From assembly GCA_964469405.1 (NCBI GenBank), contig CAYXYP010000004.1, positions 7,717 through 71,716 on the forward strand: a stretch of DNA of 64,000 nt, written 5' to 3'. The position numbers were made by a program, and so were the translations under genes. This DNA comes from an uncultured Candidatus Saccharibacteria bacterium (GTDB lineage Bacteria > Patescibacteriota > Minisyncoccia > Phycocordibacterales > Phycocordibacteraceae). The notes beneath the pieces were generated by a model, which was given only the letters and a program-made list of their open reading frames with translations, searched no databases and was not told where the DNA came from. This document shows, one piece after another, positions 18,207 to 27,650 of the stretch (positions are counted from its first letter, which is position 1; every line of letters begins with the position of its first letter).

Positions 18207-19559
18207 ATGGACAGTGCTGCGAAGATGACTATAATGAATTTTGTGGTAACGCTCTCTCGCACATTTTCAGTAACACTCGCAAGTATTTTTATTTTCAGCA
18301 TAGTTTTGTTTGGTGGGGCGGGGAACTCTCTCGCACAAACCACTTCCACCTCACAGCCGGGTGTCGTCCTTCTCGCAACGGTAAACGTCGTCGATGTAAA
18401 GATCATCTCTCAGGAGGGTAGTACGTTCCGTATTTCTTTCAATCTCACAAATCGTCAAGGTATACAGACAGGAGTTAAATATGGCGTTCGGCTCGTATCG
18501 AACGTTAAAGGGGCAGCTATCGCCGACGAAAAAGTATATCCAGCGACACTGACACTTGCGGAGAACAGCTCTGTGATCAAAGAAATCACCTACACAGCCC
18601 CAGAAAACTTAAGTGGCGCCTACACGCTCTACATCACCAGCAGAAATGAAAGTGGTCTCCCTCTTGCCCTTACTCCAGCTGGCAAGGTTACTCTCACTGC
18701 AACTACAAAAGGTCTTGCGGTCGATCCCACCTCCTGTTATTTGAAGATCGTAGGTGAAAAAGGCAGCCCTCACTACAATCTCGTTCAAGGTGTCGATATT
18801 GCAAGTACTGAAAATCTAGTGCTGACCTGCACAGCGACTAATGGAGAGTCGACAGCGCTTTCCGCAGTACCGTCTTTCGAAACTCACTATCGCACCATAT
18901 ATGGAGCCATAGTTAAGCAAGTCGGAGGAGATTCGACACCGATTTCTTTTGCTGCAGGTGAGAAAAAGACTTTTTCCATCACACTTCCTAAGGCGGGAGA
19001 ACCTCAAGCATATGACGTCTCGACCGTGCTCAAGTCGGGGAGTATTTCATCAAACGCCATCATTGCTCACTACGTGATCAGCGGATCAAGTGCGACCGTG
19101 CAAAGTATTTCTCTCGACAAGAATTTCTATATGAAAGGTGATACCGCAACACTGTCTTTCGCATGGTCGCCATCAGCTGATGACTTCCCTAACTCACGCA
19201 TCGGGGAAAGCTCCCTCTCTGTTACGAGCGCTAGTGTGTCTATGACCGATGCGAGTGGAAACGCCTGTATAACGCCGACTCAAAAGTCTCTGTCAGGGGG
19301 TGTCAAAATAAACATCGCGCTCCTTCTCGAGAAGGACTGCAATAATCCTCATGTATCCCTGTCGCTCGTAGACGCAGCAGGGCACCCTCTCGCTCAGAAG
19401 GATCTAGCTATTATCAGTCCTGCGACAGCTCCTGAGGCGACATCGTCGACATCATCTCCTGTCTCTGTGCTCATTGCTCTTGGCGTCATTGTGATTATTG
19501 GATTGGGAGCATACATCATGCACCGGAAGAAAGAAGTCGTAATACAACAACTACCATGA
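18207..19559 (+). CDS. cell-surface protein with N-terminal signal/anchor and C-terminal TM anchor, hypothetical
   Basis: The 450-aa ORF starts with a hydrophobic N-terminus. The C-terminus is SVLIALGVIVIIGLGAYIMHRKKE, a TM helix plus a basic tail. The body is Ser/Thr-rich and beta-rich. Confidence 0.55.
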   Translation: MDSAAKMTIMNFVVTLSRTFSVTLASIFIFSIVLFGGAGNSLAQTTSTSQPGVVLLATVNVVDVKIISQEGSTFRISFNLTNRQGIQTGVKYGVRLVSNVKGAAIADEKVYPATLTLAENSSVIKEITYTAPENLSGAYTLYITSRNESGLPLALTPAGKVTLTATTKGLAVDPTSCYLKIVGEKGSPHYNLVQGVDIASTENLVLTCTATNGESTALSAVPSFETHYRTIYGAIVKQVGGDSTPISFAAGEKKTFSITLPKAGEPQAYDVSTVLKSGSISSNAIIAHYVISGSSATVQSISLDKNFYMKGDTATLSFAWSPSADDFPNSRIGESSLSVTSASVSMTDASGNACITPTQKSLSGGVKINIALLLEKDCNNPHVSLSLVDAAGHPLAQKDLAIISPATAPEATSSTSSPVSVLIALGVIVIIGLGAYIMHRKKEVVIQQLP

Positions 19560-21046
19560 GTAACACCACCTCAAGGACGTTTCTCTCTCTGGCTATTTTT
19601 GTTGCAGCGACAGGTTTTGTGATGCCTCAACAAGCGAAGGCGGATACTTTTATAGTGAGCGGATGGGACGGACCGCTTTTTACTTCCTTCACCTTCAATG
19701 TTGGTCTAGATAAATCTGTATACAAACCGGGTGAAAGAGTAATTGCGACTGCAGAGTCTTTATATTTGTCATGCTCTAATTACAATTTCGCAACGATAAA
19801 GGCGACTATTAGTGGAGCAACACAGACGGTACTCAACATATATGGCGTCAGTGGATCTATGAATTTTACTGCACAAAGTACTTCAGGAAATTATTTTGCT
19901 GTCTTTACCGGGACTGCCGTACGCGAGAGAGATCGTCGAACTTTGATTAGTGCGGACGCAGCACTTACAACACCACTCGTAGCAACAATGAGTATTCCAT
20001 ACACTGTGTCGGCTGTTACCGGAGGCACCACCGGCGGTACTAATACCGGAGGCCCTATCCCAGGCGGTACTAATACCGGAGGTTCTACGGTAGGAGGTAA
20101 TGTTGCGGGAGGTGCCATCACAGGAACTACTATCACCGGCGGTACCATCACAGGAACTACTATCACGGGAGGTACTAATGGAGTAGGTACCATTACCGGC
20201 GGCACAATTACGACGGGTCCTAACACAGGACGTACCATCACCGGGGCTACCATCACCGGAGGTACTATTACAGGCGGCACCATTACGGGGGGCACGGTCA
20301 CGGGAGGTACGGTATCAGGAGGCACGGTCACGGGAGGTACGGTATCAGGTGGCACGGTCACGGGAGGTGTGATTTCGACTGGAGGCACCACCGGCGGTAC
20401 TAATACCGGAGGCCCTATCCCAGGCGGTACTAATACCGGAGGTTCTACGGTAGGAGGTAATGTTGCGGGAGGTGCCATCACAGGAACTACTATCACCGGC
20501 GGTACCATCACAGGAACTACTATCACGGGAGGTACTAATGGAGTAGGTACCATTACCGGCGGCACAATTACGACGGGTCCTAACACAGGACGTACCATCA
20601 CCGGGGCTACCATCACCGGAGGTACTATTACAGGCGGCACCATTACGGGGGGCACGGTCACGGGAGGTACGGTATCAGGAGGCACGGTCACGGGAGGTAC
20701 GGTATCAGGTGGCACGGTCACGGGAGGTGTGATTTCAGGTGGTCTCCCTACTCCTACTCCAACTCCTCCTCCAACAGTTTCTATCAGCGCTACACCTAAT
20801 CGTGTCATTGCTGGCAATGAAACCACAGTGTCGTGGAATGCTTCTAATGTGACCTCCTGTAGCGTCACAAAAAATGGCGCACCGTGGCAGACGGTTCTCT
20901 CAGATCCTAATACCAGAACGCAATTTAAATCCTTTGTAGAGACTATCAATGTTCAGACCACATATGTTGTTACTTGTGCCAATGGTGCCAGTCAGAATGT
21001 AGCGTCAGCAATCGTAAACGTCACCTCTGTCTTCCAAGGATTTTAA
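19556..21046 (+). CDS. secreted repeat protein: signal peptide, long GGT(I/V)TG-type glycine/threonine repeat region, PT linker, C-terminal Ig-like domain
   Basis: The signal peptide is MSNTTSRTFLSLAIFVAATGFVMPQQAKA. About 240 aa consist of GGTxTG-like repeats. TPTPTPPPT precedes a C-terminal beta domain. The gene overlaps the upstream gene by 4 nt. Confidence 0.7.
   Translation: MSNTTSRTFLSLAIFVAATGFVMPQQAKADTFIVSGWDGPLFTSFTFNVGLDKSVYKPGERVIATAESLYLSCSNYNFATIKATISGATQTVLNIYGVSGSMNFTAQSTSGNYFAVFTGTAVRERDRRTLISADAALTTPLVATMSIPYTVSAVTGGTTGGTNTGGPIPGGTNTGGSTVGGNVAGGAITGTTITGGTITGTTITGGTNGVGTITGGTITTGPNTGRTITGATITGGTITGGTITGGTVTGGTVSGGTVTGGTVSGGTVTGGVISTGGTTGGTNTGGPIPGGTNTGGSTVGGNVAGGAITGTTITGGTITGTTITGGTNGVGTITGGTITTGPNTGRTITGATITGGTITGGTITGGTVTGGTVSGGTVTGGTVSGGTVTGGVISGGLPTPTPTPPPTVSISATPNRVIAGNETTVSWNASNVTSCSVTKNGAPWQTVLSDPNTRTQFKSFVETINVQTTYVVTCANGASQNVASAIVNVTSVFQGF
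20021..20736 (+). repeat. perfect tandem duplication, 2 x 360-bp period (about 356 bp identical), in frame (120 codons each) inside the repeat-protein gene
   Basis: Lines 20021-20376 and 20381-20736 are identical base for base. Each copy also contains a doubled 30-bp sub-unit ggcacggtcacgggaggtacggtatcagg(a/t). Confidence 0.9.
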
Positions 21047-21067
21047 ACCTGTGCTATCATCGAGGGA

Positions 21068-21319
21068 ATGAAAAAGAATATACATCCAGCGGATTATCGC
21101 GATGTCCTCTTCGAGGATATTGCGTCAGGGGCACGTTTCCTTATTGGTTCTACGGTCCATACAACCGAAACCGCGAAGTGGGAAGATGGTAAGGAATATC
21201 CTAAACTTATTGTGGAAATATCTTCAAAATCACATCCTTTTTACACTGGTGAAGACCGTACGCTCGATAAGGCAGGTCGTGTGGAACGTTTCAAGCAGCG
21301 TGCCGCCAAGAAGAAGTAG
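21068..21319 (+). CDS. rpmE: 50S ribosomal protein L31 (Cys-less, type-B-like)
   Basis: [24 protein letters not shown]...SKSHPFYTG is L31-like. No CxxC zinc-ribbon motif is present. Confidence 0.85.
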   Translation: MKKNIHPADYRDVLFEDIASGARFLIGSTVHTTETAKWEDGKEYPKLIVEISSKSHPFYTGEDRTLDKAGRVERFKQRAAKKK

Positions 21320-21325
21320 GCTTCG

Positions 21326-21468
21326 CAAAAGGACGAATTGAGAGCACACGGCGTCCCGTCCAGCGATGGGACGCGTTCACTCTCGACTCGCAAATTCCTG
21401 CGCAGCCCCCTTCGGCGCAGGAATTACCATGCTGCTTCGTCTCCGAGAGTCTCTCAATTCGTCCTTTT
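21326..21468 (+). ncRNA. structured RNA element between rpmE and prfA (multi-helix; possible complex terminator or cis-regulatory leader)
   Basis: An 18-bp closing helix pairs aaaaggacgaattgagag (21327-21344) with ctctcaattcgtcctttt (21451-21468). It encloses a 7-bp hairpin gcgtccc/gggacgc and an 11-bp hairpin aattcctgcgc/gcgcaggaatt. The element ends in TTTT. Confidence 0.35.
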
Positions 21469-21497
21469 GCTATCGCGGAGGATGTTAGAGTAACACC

Positions 21498-22436
21498 ATG
21501 GAATATTTGCCTGAATTTAAAAAGAACTTTGCAACCGCGTATCTCGCGGAGGAGTATGAACGTCTCGATAAAGAGGCTGCTGAGGCACTTGGAGCCGCAG
21601 GAGGGGATGCCGAGCTTATGCGAATGGCGAAGGAAGACGAGTCGCGCGTCCGCGCGCGACAGGCGGGCATTCTCACCGAAATAGAGCAAATCCTTGCGAA
21701 AGAAAAAGAAGAAGTCGCTCGACCGAGTTCGGTCGTGATGGAGCTACGCGCTGCTGCGGGTGGGGACGAAGCGACCATCTTCGCCACCGATCTAAAAGAA
21801 ATGTATCAAAAATATGCTGAACGTCGTGGATGGAAGACGCGCGTTGTCGATGATCTCACTATTGAGATCATAGGTGCTGATGCGTACGATGCTCTGCGCT
21901 TCGAAACTGGCGTACATCGAGTCCAGAGGGTGCCACTCACTGAGAAGTCGGGGCGTATTCATACCTCCACCGCCTCAATAGCTGTATTGCCTATCCGCTT
22001 AAAATCGAAGGTAGATATCAATCCAGCCGATATCCAGATGGAATTTTCGAGAAGTGGCGGAGCAGGAGGACAGAATGTGAACAAGGTCGAGACGGCTGTT
22101 CGGCTCGTCCATATACCTACCGGAATTGATGTACGCTCTTCTTCCGAGAGAAGTCAGTTGGCGAATCGCGAAAAGGCGATGCAAATTCTATCCGCGAAGC
22201 TTGAACAATTGCATGAAGAACAGGAAGCGAAGAAACATGCGGCAGAGCGTAAAGAACAGATAGGTACGGGCGATCGTTCGGAAAAGATTCGCACGTATAA
22301 CTACCTGCAAGATCGTGTTACCGACCATCGGCTGAAGGAATCCTGGCACAATCTGCCGAAGATCCTCGCGGGAGGCATAGATGACATTATCGATGCATTA
22401 CACGCGGCAACCACCTCGCCAACCCATTCCGGCTAA
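21498..22436 (+). CDS. prfA: peptide chain release factor 1
   Basis: It has the GGQ motif [11 protein letters not shown]. The codon-recognition tripeptide is PLT ([14 protein letters not shown]), which is the RF1 P-x-T type. The ORF is 312 aa. Confidence 0.85.
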   Translation: MEYLPEFKKNFATAYLAEEYERLDKEAAEALGAAGGDAELMRMAKEDESRVRARQAGILTEIEQILAKEKEEVARPSSVVMELRAAAGGDEATIFATDLKEMYQKYAERRGWKTRVVDDLTIEIIGADAYDALRFETGVHRVQRVPLTEKSGRIHTSTASIAVLPIRLKSKVDINPADIQMEFSRSGGAGGQNVNKVETAVRLVHIPTGIDVRSSSERSQLANREKAMQILSAKLEQLHEEQEAKKHAAERKEQIGTGDRSEKIRTYNYLQDRVTDHRLKESWHNLPKILAGGIDDIIDALHAATTSPTHSG

Positions 22437-22555
22437 TTGCGACTTGTCCGTATTGTCGTATCCAGTAGCATGCGTCGTCAGCCTTACTTCGATGGTATAA
22501 TTCAGCTGCGATGGCAATCGATTTCGGCGAAGTATAGAGAGTATGTTTAAATACG

Positions 22556-23521
22556 ATGATTCCCGCATTCCCTGAATTTAAAAAGATTAGTACCGATGAT
22601 AGGGAAGCAGTCGAGTCCTATACACGTCGATACCAACCCTATTCAGATTTTAACTTCACAAATTTGTGGGCCTGGGATACAAGTGGAGAACGCATGATTT
22701 CAGAATTAAAAGGGAACTTCGTCGTGCGCTTCACTGACTATAAGACTTGTGAACATCTGCTCTCTTTCCTAGGAAGTAATGAATCTGAAAGTACGGCGCG
22801 TCAACTCCTACATTTTGCTGAAGCGTCGGGAGTGTCTCCAATACTTCGCTTTATCACAGAAGAATCAATGCAGAATTTACAAAACTCCAATCTGTATGTA
22901 GAGGAAGATCAAGATAATTTTGATTATATATTCTCTGTTTCAGAGTTGGTTGCCTTGCAAGGTTCAAAATTTAAAGGGAAAAGACATCTTGCGGAGGGAT
23001 TCTTACGTGAGTATCCAGACGTACTTTTTGAATCAAGAGAGCTTAGCGATGTATTTGTACAAGAGCAAATCATCTCGGTACTTCGTCGGTGGGAGGACAA
23101 GAAGAAATTAGATAACAAAACGTATGACCTGGGACATGAGAAGAAAGCGCTTAGCCGCTTATTAGAAACCGCTAACAAGCACAAACTCATTTTGTCGTGC
23201 ATCTTTTTGCATGATGCCATGATTGGTTTTAGTATTGATGAGATAGTGCCACACCAATACGCAATATCACATTTTTTCAAAGCGGATAATTCCTTCAAGG
23301 GCATATCTGAATTCCTCAATGAAAAAGTGGCGCAGTATCTGGTAGTGCATGATGTTGTGTTATGGAACTGGCAGCAAGACCTAGGCATTGAAGATTTAAG
23401 GAGATCAAAAATGAGTTATCGCCCTGTTAATTTTCTTAAAAAATATCGAGTTTCTTTTGGTCCGCAGAAAATAAAGCATGGGGAAGAAAAGAACGCTATA
23501 GAACATACTTCAGTTGTATGA
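22556..23521 (+). CDS. hypothetical protein, possible dupli-GNAT fold (MprF C-terminal / DUF2156-like aminoacyl-lipid synthase type)
   Basis: The 321-aa soluble protein has an N-terminal ...YSDFNFTNLWAWD... pattern resembling the DUF2156 family. This assignment is tentative. The gene overlaps the downstream transporter gene by 4 nt. Confidence 0.4.
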   Translation: MIPAFPEFKKISTDDREAVESYTRRYQPYSDFNFTNLWAWDTSGERMISELKGNFVVRFTDYKTCEHLLSFLGSNESESTARQLLHFAEASGVSPILRFITEESMQNLQNSNLYVEEDQDNFDYIFSVSELVALQGSKFKGKRHLAEGFLREYPDVLFESRELSDVFVQEQIISVLRRWEDKKKLDNKTYDLGHEKKALSRLLETANKHKLILSCIFLHDAMIGFSIDEIVPHQYAISHFFKADNSFKGISEFLNEKVAQYLVVHDVVLWNWQQDLGIEDLRRSKMSYRPVNFLKKYRVSFGPQKIKHGEEKNAIEHTSVV

Positions 23522-24435
23522 GCTGGTTCTTTTTAACATTGATTGGTCCGTTTCTATATGCATTAACAAACCATATAGACAAGATTCTCCTTGAGAAGTA
23601 TTTCAAAGAGAGTGGCGTCGGCACGCTCATGCTCTTCTCGTCGCTTCTTTCCGCGCTTGCGTTACCGTTCCTATTTCTGGCTGATCCAATGGCATTGAGT
23701 GTGGGTAGTATAAGCATCCTCGTGCTCGCGGTAGTGGGAATCCTAAACATATTGGTGTTATGGTTTTACCTTCTTGCTCTTAGAGACGAAGAAGCATCGG
23801 TCGTGATTGTATTCTATCAACTTGTCCCAGTGTTTGGACTAGGGCTCGGCTACTTCATTCTCGGCGAAACTCTCACACAGATGCAACTTATCGCAATGGC
23901 AATCATCATTCTCGGCACGACAATTATCTCCTTTGAGATAGATGTGGAGAATAATTTTAAGCTTCGTCGGCAAACCATCGTACTTATGCTCGCAGCTTCC
24001 TTCTGTTGGGCACTTGGGTCAGTCATCTTCAAGGCGGTAGCACTTGAAGAAAATGTCTGGCGCTCGCTCTTCTGGGAGTACCTCATGCTCACGCTTGTGG
24101 GTATCGGTATTTTCATATTCGCGCGCTCCTATCGTACCCACTTTCTTTCTGCGATACGAAATAATTCCAAAGCAATCATATCGCTCAATTTTGCAAACGA
24201 AGTCTTGTACATGCTTGGGAATCTCGTATTTTCGTTTGCGTATCTACTTGCTCCTATCTCCCTCATTCTTCTTGTGGATTCTTTTCAACCGATTTTCGTT
24301 CTGGCTATTGGCATATTTTTGACGGTTCTCTTTCCAAAAATATCGGTCGAAAAGATATATGCGAAGCATCTCTGGCAAAAAATTATTGCAATCTGTATAA
24401 CCGGAGTTGGTACGTATCTCCTCCTCATCTCATAA
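23518..24435 (+). CDS. EamA/DMT-superfamily transporter
   Basis: The 305-aa ORF has 10 predicted TM helices with two-repeat EamA-like organisation. Confidence 0.7.
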   Translation: MSWFFLTLIGPFLYALTNHIDKILLEKYFKESGVGTLMLFSSLLSALALPFLFLADPMALSVGSISILVLAVVGILNILVLWFYLLALRDEEASVVIVFYQLVPVFGLGLGYFILGETLTQMQLIAMAIIILGTTIISFEIDVENNFKLRRQTIVLMLAASFCWALGSVIFKAVALEENVWRSLFWEYLMLTLVGIGIFIFARSYRTHFLSAIRNNSKAIISLNFANEVLYMLGNLVFSFAYLLAPISLILLVDSFQPIFVLAIGIFLTVLFPKISVEKIYAKHLWQKIIAICITGVGTYLLLIS

Positions 24436-24495
24436 GTGGTATACGCCTACCCGTGCTCTACTTAGTTTTGCTATACTCTACGTACCTACTCGTCT

Positions 24496-24903
24496 ATGAA
24501 ATTTCGCGACAATATATTTCTCTACGTGCTCGTCCCGCTCATCATTTTTCTTGTGAGCTTCTCCTACCTTCGCTTCATTGTCGCGCATGATTATATGGTT
24601 GCGTATGAAGGCGCATGTGACCCAGTCACAAATAATTGCTTCATTGGCTGCGAGGACGATGTATGTACGAAGGAGTATTACTACACTAAAGTGCAGAAGT
24701 ATGCGGCTGACTTGTACGCTCAATGTAGTGAGGATATAACAGGCTGCGAAGCTGCCAATGAATGTTTCCCCATCAATGATAGGAAGTGTTCTGTAACCTA
24801 CTGCGATCTGGAGATTGACGGCACGGCCTGCAAGGTGCAGGTAGAGAAGCCGAGTGTGTTAAGTAATGACCAAGTACAATCTGGTATCTTGAGTAATTCA
24901 TAG
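24496..24903 (+). CDS. small membrane-anchored cysteine-rich exported protein, hypothetical
   Basis: An N-terminal TM helix (IFLYVLVPLIIFLVSF) is followed by about 100 aa containing 13 Cys (CDPVTNNCFIGCEDDVCTKEY...CSVTYCDLEIDGTAC). Confidence 0.5.
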   Translation: MKFRDNIFLYVLVPLIIFLVSFSYLRFIVAHDYMVAYEGACDPVTNNCFIGCEDDVCTKEYYYTKVQKYAADLYAQCSEDITGCEAANECFPINDRKCSVTYCDLEIDGTACKVQVEKPSVLSNDQVQSGILSNS

Positions 24904-24906
24904 CTT

Positions 24907-26550
24907 ATGATTTGCAACTTATTTCCTGAACCAACATATTTTTTCTTCTCCGCTAATCTACCGGAACTTCTCTATTATTCACATATACCAGCAACTGCAG
25001 TCGCGCTCCTGGTCGGCTTATTCGTTTTCTTGAATGGTAGACAATTTCTACTTAATCGCCTCCTTTTCATCATTTCTGTCTGCTTCTCGCTCTGGACACT
25101 TTCGAACCTAATTTTGTGGACCAATATCCATAGCGATTTTCTACTCCTCATCTGGACATTCTACGTAGTACTTTTTAGTTTTATATCGATCTTTTGCGTC
25201 TACTTCGTCTATGTATTCCTAGAGAAGAAAGATATCTCACTCTTACTCAAGAGTGTACTTCTAGCGCTCCTAGCTCCAACTATTATCTTTGCGCCGACCT
25301 ACTTAAATCTGAGTGGATTCAATATTGCCAGCTGTGATGCGTTTATATTTGAAGGATTTTGGTACAAGCTTTATTACCTTTCACTTGGTGTGCTAGCGAT
25401 GGTCTGGATTCTCGTCCTGCTTATTCGGCGGTACCGGAGCGCAACGCCTGCTTTTCGAAAGCAGATAGTGCTCATGGGGGTGGGAATCGAGTTCTTTCTT
25501 TTCTCCTTCTTCACGATGACATCTTTGGCAGCTTATCTTACAAGCATAGGCATATTGCAGGATTCGAGTCTTGAATTTTATGGGCTGTTCGGGATGATGG
25601 TATTCATGGTCTTTATCGGAATTCTCATGGTCCGGTTCAAGACCTTTAACGTTGGCCTCATCGCATCTCAAGCGCTTGTTGTCGCTCTTGTGGTACTTGT
25701 CGGATCCCAGTTTACGTATGTGGATTCAATTACAGGTACTATCCTTACGTCCATAACACTTTTACTTACTGCTGCGGCCGGTCTTATTTTGATACGAAGT
25801 GTTAAAAAGGAGGTACGTCAGCGCGAACGTATTGAAGTGCTTGCAGGAGAACTTCAGGAGACCAATGAGCGGCAGGAGGGGCTCATCCACTTTATCGGGC
25901 ATGAAGTGAAAGGGTTTTTGACCAAGGATGCTAATGCTTTCGCTGCACTTTCTGATGGCGATTTTGGTGTGTTGCCGAGGTCGCTAAAACCATTTGTCGA
26001 ACAGGCGCTCCAGCAGTCGCGTAATGGCGAGAGTTCAGTGACGGACATTTTAAAAGCTTCGAATCTAAAGAAGGGTACGGTTACGTATGCGAAAGAACCG
26101 TTCGATTTGAAAGCACTTGTAGCGGAGGTGGTTGAAAAGGCGAAGCAGGCAGCAGAGCAAAAAGGACTGGTACTTTCTTTTGCTGTCGATGAATCGTCGT
26201 ATCAGATGGTCGGAGACAGGGTACAGATTAGTGATCATGTCCTGCGCAATCTGATCGATAACGCGATCAACTACACGCCTTCTGGTTCCATCATCGTCTC
26301 GCTCAAGAAAGAGAACGGCAAAATTATTTTTGCAGTGAAGGATACCGGCGTTGGCATCACCGAAGAGGATAAGAAGCATCTCTTTACCGAGGGCGGCCAC
26401 GGTAAGGATTCGCAAAGGGTGAATGTGCATTCCACGGGCTATGGTCTCTATATCGCGAAGAACATTGTTGAAGCGCATGGCGGCACCATCCGTGTTGAAT
26501 CTGATGGAGCAGGGAAGGGTTCAATCTTCGTTGTCGATCTACCAGTTTAA
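24907..26550 (+). CDS. sensor histidine kinase with about 7-TM N-terminal sensor module
   Basis: The H-box is IHFIGHEVKG. The HATPase_c region is DTGVGITEEDKKHLF...STGYGLYIAKNIVEAHGGTIRVES. Confidence 0.8.
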   Translation: MICNLFPEPTYFFFSANLPELLYYSHIPATAVALLVGLFVFLNGRQFLLNRLLFIISVCFSLWTLSNLILWTNIHSDFLLLIWTFYVVLFSFISIFCVYFVYVFLEKKDISLLLKSVLLALLAPTIIFAPTYLNLSGFNIASCDAFIFEGFWYKLYYLSLGVLAMVWILVLLIRRYRSATPAFRKQIVLMGVGIEFFLFSFFTMTSLAAYLTSIGILQDSSLEFYGLFGMMVFMVFIGILMVRFKTFNVGLIASQALVVALVVLVGSQFTYVDSITGTILTSITLLLTAAAGLILIRSVKKEVRQRERIEVLAGELQETNERQEGLIHFIGHEVKGFLTKDANAFAALSDGDFGVLPRSLKPFVEQALQQSRNGESSVTDILKASNLKKGTVTYAKEPFDLKALVAEVVEKAKQAAEQKGLVLSFAVDESSYQMVGDRVQISDHVLRNLIDNAINYTPSGSIIVSLKKENGKIIFAVKDTGVGITEEDKKHLFTEGGHGKDSQRVNVHSTGYGLYIAKNIVEAHGGTIRVESDGAGKGSIFVVDLPV

Positions 26551-26623
26551 TCAATCTCATGAACAAGAAACTTCGCTTCCACGGGCTCATTTTTGTGTAA
26601 TCGGTTAAGTTTGGGATGAGTTA

Positions 26624-27262
26624 TTGTATGATTACCACATGCTCAAATATTATTTTCCGCACCTATTATTGGGAATCTACATAGTCGAATTTATCATTGC
26701 CGGCGTTTATCCCTATTCTCGCGATGTCTGGTACGTCGAGAATGGGCCAATTGTTGCGCTCGTTGTCTTCATTGCTATTCTGTACATCAAGAATGTTCGC
26801 TTCTCTAACGGCGCATACGCCCTCATGTTTATCCTGCCATTCTTGCATACGGTAGGCGGTCACTACACGTTTGAGCTCGTTCCATTCGATTGGTTTAATA
26901 ATCTTTTTGGATTTGAGCGGAATATGTTCGATCGCGTCGCGCATTTTGCAGTCGGTTTCTACGCCTTGCCAGTCATCGAATACTTAGTTGGAAAGGGATT
27001 AGTCGCGAAGAAATGGATCGCCGTCACGTATGCGATATTTGCTGTAGCGTTTGTTGCGGTTTTCTATGAATGGATCGAATGGTGGTATGCGGAACTACAG
27101 GGCGGGGAGGCCGGTGCGGCGTTTCTTGGGTCACAGGGCGACATTTGGGACGCACAGAAGGACATGTTTATGGATGTATCAGGTGCTGTTTTCTCCGCGA
27201 CTGTCTACCTCGCACTCGGGTTTTTAAAAGTAAAAGATAGAGTACCGAAAATTGTGTTATGA
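26624..27262 (+). CDS. integral membrane protein (DUF2238/YjdF-like), hypothetical
   Basis: It is a 212-aa multi-TM protein. The family call rests on weak resemblance. Confidence 0.5.
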   Translation: MYDYHMLKYYFPHLLLGIYIVEFIIAGVYPYSRDVWYVENGPIVALVVFIAILYIKNVRFSNGAYALMFILPFLHTVGGHYTFELVPFDWFNNLFGFERNMFDRVAHFAVGFYALPVIEYLVGKGLVAKKWIAVTYAIFAVAFVAVFYEWIEWWYAELQGGEAGAAFLGSQGDIWDAQKDMFMDVSGAVFSATVYLALGFLKVKDRVPKIVL

Positions 27263-27561
27263 AATCAAATCGATTCAAAATACAATCAGGTGTATGGATT
27301 TATCCGGGAATGGCTGGGTGGCACTTTATCGCAGTTCCTAAAAAGGAATCCGAGGAGATTACGAGAAAATTCGGCAGTCTGAAAAGAGGTTGGGGCTCAC
27401 TTCCCGTAGCTGTGACGGTAGGTAAAACAAGCTGGGAGACCTCTATTTTCCCAGAAAAGAAATCGGGAGTATATCTGTTGCCGTTGAAAGCTGCTGTACG
27501 AAAAAAGGAAGGGATTTTTGATAAGGACAAGATTGATGTACTACTAGAGATCAAAGCGTAA
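27259..27561 (+). CDS. DUF1905-like small protein
   Basis: WHFIAVPKK...GSLPVAVTVGKTSWETSIFPEKKSGVYLLPLKAAVRKKEGI fits the DUF1905 pattern. It overlaps the upstream gene by 4 nt. Confidence 0.5.
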   Translation: MKSNRFKIQSGVWIYPGMAGWHFIAVPKKESEEITRKFGSLKRGWGSLPVAVTVGKTSWETSIFPEKKSGVYLLPLKAAVRKKEGIFDKDKIDVLLEIKA

Positions 27562-27650
27562 ACCGGTAATCAACAGACGACATTTATCAGGTATTTGGCG
27601 TGATACACTTTACTAGTTACCTAGTTAATCAACATACTAACCACTAGCGC

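Noticed and set aside
19891-20949. 352-aa minus-strand ORF full of PPV repeats
   Set aside because: It is the antisense of the GGT-repeat gene. Low-complexity repeat DNA gives long open frames on both strands. The plus-strand frame has a signal peptide and a folded C-terminal domain.
21326-21468. Identification of the rpmE-prfA structured element as SRP (4.5S) RNA or 6S RNA
   Set aside because: There is no GGAA/GNRA-capped domain-IV-like hairpin with the conserved symmetric loop. It is too branched for 6S RNA. It is left as an unclassified structured element.
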